Part shown: piece after piece, positions 27,151 through 33,578 of the stretch
Numbering within the stretch: position 1 is the stretch's first letter
Layout of the letters: the number at the start of each line of letters is the position of its first letter
Virus record (IMG/VR): IMGVR_UViG_3300016467_000248
Origin: an uncultured virus (IMG/VR IMGVR_UViG_3300016467_000248)
Taxonomy: Duplodnaviria > Heunggongvirae > Uroviricota > Caudoviricetes
Direction: 5' to 3' (one strand)
DNA: 64,000 nucleotides
Program-made: the position numbers and the translations under genes
Notes under the pieces: generated by a model
What the model was told of the DNA's origin: nothing
Database searches by the model: none
What the model saw: the letters and a program-made list of their open reading frames with translations, nothing else

Positions 27151-28606
27151 CGTCGCCCCCGGCAGAAGAAAGCCCACCGTCTTCGACGTTGGGTGAGACC
27201 CGTTCCTCCAGCTCCTTGATGATGCCCATCAGGGCATGGAAAGCCTTGCCGAGTTTGTCGACCTTCGTCGCTAGCTCCTCCACTCGGGCAGTTAGACCGT
27301 CTAACTGATTCTCCTTTTTCTCAGGGGATCGCCGGCGCATCTTGCCCGTGTTGATATGGTCAACGTCGAACACCGCGCACATCTCGTTGTGCCCCGTCAC
27401 GGGGTTACGCTCTCTGCGTGTGGTGACGTAATGGTAGGCCTGTGAATAGTTAGCCATGCGCTGTTGGAGTGCCGGTTCTCTGAGCGCGACGCGTGTCACC
27501 TGTGTCTTGACGGCGTAGTAAGTCTCGCCCTGTGGGTTAGTGCCCTGTGGCACGCGCACCTCTCTCGAGTCTAAGACCCAGCCTAGGGGTGGGTTGTCGT
27601 GGTTGTAATCTGCCTGTGTGTTGACCGTATGAAAGCGCAAAGGAGAAGTGAGTGCCCTCTGGTCCACGATCGGCGCATCCGAAGGCTCAAGCGATCCCTC
27701 ACCTCTGACTGATATAAGGTCTCCATAAAACAGATTCACCTCTGGATGAGCCAACTCTCGAATGTAGTCACACACTTTAAGCTGTGTCCGTTGGGGCAAT
27801 GTGGTATCTGCTGTGGGTTGTCTCCCCACAGGCTTACGCTCCCCTCTATCATAGGCAGCCACAGCCTCGTCATACTCTGGTGTATTCGTGCCGTACTTTT
27901 TCTTTAAGCGCAATAGATGCTGCGTTCTTGCGGCACGCGCACGAGCGGTGTTTAGCTTAGAGGCTGTACTAGGGTTTGACTGGGCAGTTAGAGCGTCTAA
28001 CTGGGTAGGAGTTAGATGGCTGTTGGCTTGTCTCCTTTCCTTTAACTTGTACGGAAGGGCATACGCAGGGTCTCCTGCTTTTGACATATCCATCATGGCC
28101 CACATCTCATGTTGAGTTAGATCAGCCATATCTGGCTGGTTCATGTCCAGCACCACACAGCGTTCGGCACTCTTAATGAAGGGTTCGCAGTTCTCGAATT
28201 TCACACCTTTATATAGCGATTCGGTGCGTGTGTGCTTGTGCCTTTTGCTGAACTCAAGAGTTCGAAGCCATGATTTTGCCACGTCATCGGTGATCGTCAG
28301 AGGTAGGGCACGATATAAATAGGTGAGGATTGCTCGGGCGTTCTTGATTGGAATGAGGAGTTCGTTGGTCGATGACCTATAAAACCACAGAGTTTTATGT
28401 AATGTGTCGGGGGTGATGACCTCGTTTTCAGAGCACGTTTGGGTTAGATCAACCTGCGGTGAGTCCTCCATGTTTGACTGCGCCGACAAAAACCAAAAAG
28501 AAGTTTGCGCTTTGTAATATGAATATTGGGTTGGATCGGGTAGCGCACCGTTAGCGAAGGGGGGCACTTCATCCACGAGATGGTCGAGAAAGACATTTGT
28601 ACGCAT
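27143..28606 (-). CDS. Large hypothetical protein next to the putative origin
   Basis: 487-aa ORF with AAGGA RBS and its own promoter; C-terminal coiled coil; contains two palindrome copies. Confidence 0.7.
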   Translation of the reverse strand: MRTNVFLDHLVDEVPPFANGALPDPTQYSYYKAQTSFWFLSAQSNMEDSPQVDLTQTCSENEVITPDTLHKTLWFYRSSTNELLIPIKNARAILTYLYRALPLTITDDVAKSWLRTLEFSKRHKHTRTESLYKGVKFENCEPFIKSAERCVVLDMNQPDMADLTQHEMWAMMDMSKAGDPAYALPYKLKERRQANSHLTPTQLDALTAQSNPSTASKLNTARARAARTQHLLRLKKKYGTNTPEYDEAVAAYDRGERKPVGRQPTADTTLPQRTQLKVCDYIRELAHPEVNLFYGDLISVRGEGSLEPSDAPIVDQRALTSPLRFHTVNTQADYNHDNPPLGWVLDSREVRVPQGTNPQGETYYAVKTQVTRVALREPALQQRMANYSQAYHYVTTRRERNPVTGHNEMCAVFDVDHINTGKMRRRSPEKKENQLDGLTARVEELATKVDKLGKAFHALMGIIKELEERVSPNVEDGGLSSAGGDDA

Positions 28607-28636
28607 TGTTTTAGTTCCTTAAATGAGTGAGAGTGC

Positions 28637-28665
28637 AGGATAAAGACGTTATCCATTCTTGTCAA
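28637..28665 (-). promoter_or_regulatory. sigma70-like promoter
   Basis: TTGACA-17-TATCCT. Confidence 0.65.
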
Positions 28666-29260
28666 GTGTCGCTGTGTCGGGTTTTTGGGCGTAAAATAAC
28701 GTACTTATAGGCACATTTAGCGAATTTGAAAATTGAGTCGTGCGGAGCGTAAGGGCTGTGTTTGTTGTACGGAGCGGGATTGGTGGGTTGGGGGTGTCGG
28801 GATTATGGAGTTTTTATTGATAAATAGTCACGCAGGGGTAGACCTATAAAGAGAGAGAGGAAATCTGACAGTCGAAAAAAAGAAGGAATTCTCTCATCAT
28901 TACGCTCTTATATATATATATCTTTTAATATAGAATAATAGAGAGGATAAAAAGCTCCCCTCATGCCGTTCCAAGGCGCTCCCAGAGATTATGCACATTT
29001 CGACGCAAATCTCAAACTCATTTAATGTGTACGTTAGTGCGAAAAGTCCAGTTAGACGGTCTAACCCATTAGCTGTGCAGTTTTTATGTTTTATGTCGTA
29101 CCCAGTTAGACGGTCTAACCCATTCCAAATTATTATACGTTTTATGTCGGCCCTCCCCGCGCGCCGCGCTAAGAACTGGTTTCTTTGTGGGTCGGTTTTG
29201 CTACGCATTGCATAACAGCCAACCCATGCACCATTAAACCTATTGGCCAAACTATAGGCA
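28666..29260. other. Non-coding region, candidate replication origin
   Basis: About 600 bp with no credible ORF, an AT-rich TA run near 28908-28940, and tandem CCAGTTAGACGGTCTAACCCATT copies 54 bp apart. Confidence 0.45.
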
Positions 29261-29261
29261 C

Positions 29262-29291
29262 AAAAAAAGGCCCCCGATTTCTCGGGGGCCT
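29262..29291 (-). terminator. Rho-independent terminator
   Basis: AGGCCCCCGA/TCGGGGGCCT stem followed by a T-tract on the minus strand. Confidence 0.85.
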
Positions 29292-29302
29292 AGCATCAAG
29301 GT

Positions 29303-30046
29303 TTACTTTTTGACCTTGATTTTGTCACCGTCACGCTCGAGCGCGTCATAATGCTCGGCTAGCACGTCATACACACGTCCAACCAATTTATCATCATCCC
29401 CATCGAACTCATCGAATTCGATTTCAGACTGTAGCAACCGCATAAGGTTCCCGAATCCCTCTTGCGTAGTCGCAAGAATCAATCCGTCCCATGCCGGCTT
29501 ATCAGTCCGTTTAGACCGTGGAGCATTAGGTTTGCCCTTGCCCTTTGAAGGTTTGATTTCTTTAATAGAACCATCTTCATTAACCCTAACAAACTTATTA
29601 GGATCCTCAAGGGATGGAACACCGGTAGACAGAGCTGTTTTGCGGAATTGGTTGTAATTGACCAAGCCCGGCATAACACGCAATTTATTAATTGCACACC
29701 AACGAATCAGCATGGTGTTTTGATATGAGGTATCAACCGTGTAACGTCCAGACTCCACAAAATCAGCCCACATAGCATTTAAGAATGACACACTAGGATC
29801 GGGCTTTTCACCCTTCTCGGGCTTCTTTGTTTTGCCCAAGTCAATGCCAGATTGCACGATGTTGGCAATCGACTTGTTTAATAGGTCAATCGACTGGACT
29901 ACAGCCGTTTGCACGTCCACCGCATTATTAAATGCATTCACTACGCCAATGCGTAGTTCGATTGGATTGACTGGGGGCAAAACCTCACCAGACAAGGCAT
30001 TTACCAAACGTTTTTTTGTAGTCGGCTTTTTTGTTGCCATTTTCAT
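29303..30046 (-). CDS. Monocistronic early protein of unknown function
   Basis: 247 aa with Lys-rich segments; has its own promoter and terminator. Confidence 0.75.
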   Translation of the reverse strand: MKMATKKPTTKKRLVNALSGEVLPPVNPIELRIGVVNAFNNAVDVQTAVVQSIDLLNKSIANIVQSGIDLGKTKKPEKGEKPDPSVSFLNAMWADFVESGRYTVDTSYQNTMLIRWCAINKLRVMPGLVNYNQFRKTALSTGVPSLEDPNKFVRVNEDGSIKEIKPSKGKGKPNAPRSKRTDKPAWDGLILATTQEGFGNLMRLLQSEIEFDEFDGDDDKLVGRVYDVLAEHYDALERDGDKIKVKK

Positions 30047-30102
30047 TTCCTCATTATTGAGTGATTAAAGACTTCGAAACGGGATTGCTTCGAAGTGAGG
30101 TC

Positions 30103-30131
30103 ATTATGAATGAATGTGGCGTATATGTCAA
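30103..30131 (-). promoter_or_regulatory. sigma70 promoter
   Basis: TTGACA-17-CATAAT. Confidence 0.75.
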
Positions 30132-30230
30132 AGGTTAGACGTATCTATTTGTTGTGTCGTATATTAAATGAAGCGGGCGCGCCGCGCGCGAGAGAACTGG
30201 TTTCTTTATCGGCTGTTATCTATAAACAAT

Positions 30231-30254
30231 AAAAAGCCCCGCCGAAGCGGGGCT
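30231..30254 (-). terminator. Rho-independent terminator with UUCG loop
   Basis: Minus strand reads AGCCCCGC-TTCG-GCGGGGCT-TTTT. Confidence 0.85.
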
Positions 30255-30261
30255 AGTCAGG

Positions 30262-30513
30262 TTAAAACTCATCCTCCCATATCCACCAGTCGAGTTGTTC
30301 GACAACTCGCCATCCCCCGCGGGGAACCCATTTGGCAATTAAGCTTGTCATTCCCGGGTCTGAGCAACCAAAGTTGGCATTTTTAAAAGCGTGAGCATAC
30401 GCCTCTGCTCGACTCCTAAACCTAGGAACTCTCTCATCACGTTCGCGGTGGATGAATTTTCCAACCCAATTCCATCCTCCCATGTTGGAGGTCTGGACTA
30501 TATATTTTCTCAT
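30262..30513 (-). CDS. Hypothetical early protein
   Basis: ATG follows the repeated leader carrying GAGGA. Confidence 0.6.
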   Translation of the reverse strand: MRKYIVQTSNMGGWNWVGKFIHRERDERVPRFRSRAEAYAHAFKNANFGCSDPGMTSLIAKWVPRGGWRVVEQLDWWIWEDEF

Positions 30514-30516
30514 TAG

Positions 30517-30909
30517 CTTATCCTCAGTAAGTGGCACGTCCTTGTGCCATGGTTAGTCAATATCCCATCATCTCAGCGTAATGGTCTCGCTGATGCGATT
30601 CGATCCGTTCCCATCTGCCTAATGTGAGGCCTTTTTCAGTGGTATGAAACATGTCAACAGGGCAAGTAGCATATAGGTACGTCTCATGAGGACCGTCACA
30701 GTCCCTGCTCCTAGTTTCAACGACACGCCTAACAACTCCATCTCGCATACTAAATGTTATGCGCTCTTCATAGAAACCCTCTTCTTCTTCGGAAGAAAGT
30801 GTCAACGACACCACTTTGTTTTCAGCTACTGAAACAACAGCGTAATAACCATTAAACCATTCATGAAACATCATCATCTTATCCTCAGTAGGTGGCACGT
30901 CCTTGTGCC
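30517..30909. repeat. 32-bp direct repeats (30517-30548 and 30878-30909) forming gene leaders
   Basis: CTTATCCTCAGTA(A/G)GTGGCACGTCCTTGTGCC, one mismatch between copies. Confidence 0.9.
30557..30877 (-). CDS. Hypothetical early protein (RDCDG...QRDH.AE family)
   Basis: ATG follows the repeated leader. Confidence 0.65.
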   Translation of the reverse strand: MMMFHEWFNGYYAVVSVAENKVVSLTLSSEEEEGFYEERITFSMRDGVVRRVVETRSRDCDGPHETYLYATCPVDMFHTTEKGLTLGRWERIESHQRDHYAEMMGY

Positions 30910-30916
30910 GGTGTTG

Positions 30917-31018
30917 TTAGTGAAGAGTGTCTAGCATGAACTTAAGCCATGCCACCCAAAACCCAAGTGCCATCGTGGAGCACACGATGATAAAGGCAAC
31001 GTCTATCCACATTCTCAT
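30917..31018 (-). CDS. 33-aa membrane peptide
   Basis: MRMWIDVAFIIVCSTMALGFWVAWLKFMLDTLH; GGAGG RBS; TGATG coupling. Confidence 0.5.
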   Translation of the reverse strand: MRMWIDVAFIIVCSTMALGFWVAWLKFMLDTLH

Positions 31019-31137
31019 CACATCCTCCCAATGTTATGGATAGCGTCGAACAAAGCGTTCGTACCTGCGAAGAACAGGAACAGCACAAGTGCTACCAATA
31101 CAATGTGAACTACAGTCTTAAATGTATTATCAATCAT
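31018..31137 (-). CDS. 39-aa membrane peptide, first gene of the early arm
   Basis: MIDNTFKTVVHIVLVALVLFLFFAGTNALFDAIHNIGRM. Confidence 0.5.
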   Translation of the reverse strand: MIDNTFKTVVHIVLVALVLFLFFAGTNALFDAIHNIGRM

Positions 31138-31191
31138 GTTACACCCTATCGTGTTAAAGACGTCGATGCGTTATTGCCTCGACGTGGGTGT

Positions 31192-31220
31192 AGTCTACAA
31201 AACCTAAGGGTAAAAGTCAA
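31192..31220 (-). promoter_or_regulatory. sigma70-like promoter heading the early arm
   Basis: TTGACT-17-TAGACT. Confidence 0.65.
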
Positions 31221-31448
31221 ATATTAGGCACGTTATTTTAGGGGGAGGGGTCTTGACGGGGGGACCCCCCTTTTTTGCCAGCGGTTCCATCGCGCGAACC
31301 TGCTTATATTCCAGACACCCATAGACCAAAAATTTCACCAACCGACATATTATGCCCCCCACCCATACCACTATGTCGCATAATGACCCCCCGGTTAACA
31401 TCCATACCTCCCCTTTACCTCCTGAAATTTCCGTGGTATATACCCACC

Positions 31449-31805
31449 ATGTTCACGTTTCACGATGACCTCCTCGATAGCTCTGCTACCCTCCCGCCTC
31501 TGCGGGAGGTCCTTTCCGCGCCTGAAGAAAATCACACCCCCTCCTATGGAGTGCCGGACCTAGACGATCGACGAGCGTGGCAGCAGCACACGATGACCAT
31601 GCTGTACAAGCATTCCTTCGACCCGGATCCAAAAGTCTCATTGCAGGCGCTGGATAAGATCGCCAAGACGTCGATCGCCGGACTGACGGAAGAGCGCGTG
31701 GTGATGGACGTGCGGAGCAAGTCCATGGATGAGTTGAAGTCGTTGTTGTTCGACAAGGTGCAGAGCATCCTTGCCCGGGATGAGAAGGTGATTTCTGTCC
31801 AGTGA
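31449..31805 (+). CDS. Putative terminase small subunit
   Basis: Directly upstream of TerL; DPDPKVSLQALDKIAK helical motif. Confidence 0.55.
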   Translation: MFTFHDDLLDSSATLPPLREVLSAPEENHTPSYGVPDLDDRRAWQQHTMTMLYKHSFDPDPKVSLQALDKIAKTSIAGLTEERVVMDVRSKSMDELKSLLFDKVQSILARDEKVISVQ

Positions 31806-31833
31806 ACTGACAAAGGAGGATATCTATCGAGCC

Positions 31834-33336
31834 ATGGAGCTCGCCTCGCGAGAGGAGAAGGCCCTTCTGTCTGAGATGCTGGACGAGATACACAAGCGAG
31901 AGGTGCGGGACAAGGCCCGCTTAGACTTCATCGCCTTTGTCAAAACTCAATGGCCCGACTTTATCGAGGGTGAGCATCACCGGCGTATCGCTAAGCTATT
32001 CGAGGATATAGCCGAGGGACGTAAGAAACGCGTTATTATCAACCTCGCTCCGCGACATACCAAGTCAGAATTTGCCTCGTACCTATTCCCAGCATGGTTT
32101 TTAGGACGCGCCCCGTCAAAGAAGGTGATGCAGGTATCGAATACTGCAGAACTAGCCGAAGGCTTCGGACGTAAAGTTCGAAATCTACTTGAGACAGACG
32201 AATACCAAGAGATATTTCCAGATGTGGAGCTTCGGGCGGACTCTAAGGCGGCAGGCCGGTGGAATACTAACCACAACGGTGACTACTACGCTACTGGTGT
32301 TGGTGCTGCCCTTGCTGGTCGTGGTGCTGATCTATGTATTATTGACGACCCCCATACGGAAGCCGAAGCGTTACAAGCTAAATTTAACCCCGGAATTTAC
32401 GATAAAGTGTACGAATGGTACACAACGGGCCCCCGTCAGCGTCTCCAACCGGGTGGAGCTATCGTCATCGTGCAGACACGATGGTCGCTACGCGACCTTA
32501 CAGGGCAAATTGTCGAAAACTCGGTCACAAACAAGGGTGCCGACCAATGGGAAGTGTTCGAATTCCCGGCTATCCTGCCTTCTGGCCGTCCGCTCTGGCC
32601 TGAATTTTGGTCCATCGAGGAGCTGGAAGCGACAAAAGCGTCGATCGACAACCTAGGTAAGTGGAATGCCCAGTACCAGCAGCACCCGACCTCGGACGAA
32701 ACGGCCATCATCAAGCGAGATTGGTGGAATCGGTGGGACAAATCGGACCCTCCGCCGTGTGAATACACGATCATGAGCTGGGACTGCGCGTTTGAGGCGA
32801 AAAACTCGGCCGACTACTCGGCTATGACCCTCTGGGGCGTGTTTACCAACCATGAAGACCACGATAACGCCCATATCATCCTGTTGGATGCCTACCGAGC
32901 GAAGCTAGAATTCCCCGATTTGAAGCAAAAAGCGCTCGATCTGTACCTAGATCACGAGCCAGACTCGGTAATTATCGAAAAGAAGGCTTCAGGTGCCCCA
33001 TTGATCTTCGAATTTCGAAGAATGGGCGTGCCGGTACAGGAATTTACCCCCACACGCGGCGCAGCCGGCGTAAAAAACGACAAAATCGCGCGATTAAACG
33101 CTGTCGCAGACATCTTTTCGTCTGGTAGAGTATGGGCTCCTCGACGAAGGTGGGCGGATGAGGTGATCGAAGAACTTGCGTCGTTCCCTGCGGGTAGATA
33201 CGACGATTATGTGGACACCACGTCTCAGGCCCTCTCCAGATTCCGCAAAGGCGGCTTCGTTTCGACGAAGTTAGACAAGCAGGACTCGTGGGAAGATGAA
33301 ATGCGATACAAAGTTCAACGAGCAAGGTACTACTGA
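31834..33336 (+). CDS. terL: Terminase large subunit
   Basis: APRHTKS, GRGAD, IIDDP, QTRW ATPase motifs; RNase H-like SWD...IEKKASG...DDYVD. Confidence 0.93.
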   Translation: MELASREEKALLSEMLDEIHKREVRDKARLDFIAFVKTQWPDFIEGEHHRRIAKLFEDIAEGRKKRVIINLAPRHTKSEFASYLFPAWFLGRAPSKKVMQVSNTAELAEGFGRKVRNLLETDEYQEIFPDVELRADSKAAGRWNTNHNGDYYATGVGAALAGRGADLCIIDDPHTEAEALQAKFNPGIYDKVYEWYTTGPRQRLQPGGAIVIVQTRWSLRDLTGQIVENSVTNKGADQWEVFEFPAILPSGRPLWPEFWSIEELEATKASIDNLGKWNAQYQQHPTSDETAIIKRDWWNRWDKSDPPPCEYTIMSWDCAFEAKNSADYSAMTLWGVFTNHEDHDNAHIILLDAYRAKLEFPDLKQKALDLYLDHEPDSVIIEKKASGAPLIFEFRRMGVPVQEFTPTRGAAGVKNDKIARLNAVADIFSSGRVWAPRRRWADEVIEELASFPAGRYDDYVDTTSQALSRFRKGGFVSTKLDKQDSWEDEMRYKVQRARYY

Positions 33337-33578
33337 TGTTCAATGAAATGCTTCCAGCAAGCGAAAGACAGGTCGGAGGGACCCATTACAAGTCCATGCC
33401 CATTCAGCCGTGGGATGTGATGGAAGTGGTGCTGACCAAAGAAGAATTCATCGGGTTCCTCAAAGGGAACTATATCAAGTACTCTATGCGCGCAGGCCAC
33501 AAGGGAGAGCCCCTTGAAGATGCAAATAAGGCGCTGCACTACAAGCAAAAGCTGGAAGAGGTTCTGAACAATGATTGA
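33336..33578 (+). CDS. DUF3310 / T7 gp1.7-like protein
   Basis: QVGGTHY...GFLKGNYIKY..RAGHKG...D..KA.HY. Confidence 0.8.
   Translation: MFNEMLPASERQVGGTHYKSMPIQPWDVMEVVLTKEEFIGFLKGNYIKYSMRAGHKGEPLEDANKALHYKQKLEEVLNND

Larger units (their letters stand above)
3039..30148. repeat. Dispersed palindromic repeat family RTTAGAY-N-RTCTAAY (21 copies plus 2 variants)
   Basis: 15-mers start at 4321, 6802, 13298, 15407, 15863, 17512, 19537, 20647, 21322, 21556, 22237, 23631, 23989, 24621, 25395, 26021, 26349, 27291, 27987, 29051 and 29105. Two-nt-spacer variants at 3039 and 30134. Confidence 0.95.

Noticed and set aside
19537..29119. Palindrome family as a CRISPR array or integron attC array
   Set aside because: The units are only 15-17 bp, irregularly spaced by hundreds of bases and often inside genes, and no cas or integron integrase gene is seen.
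4321..29119. Palindrome as a MetJ box, LexA box or canonical parS
   Set aside because: It differs from AGACGTCT tandem Met boxes (extra central base, not tandem), from CTGT-N8-ACAG and from TGTTTCACGTGAAACA. Other host regulators are not excluded without a search.
28900..29250. 116-aa ORF with repeated NGLDRLTG
   Set aside because: It is a translation of the tandem palindrome repeats in a non-coding region downstream of a terminator, with no RBS.
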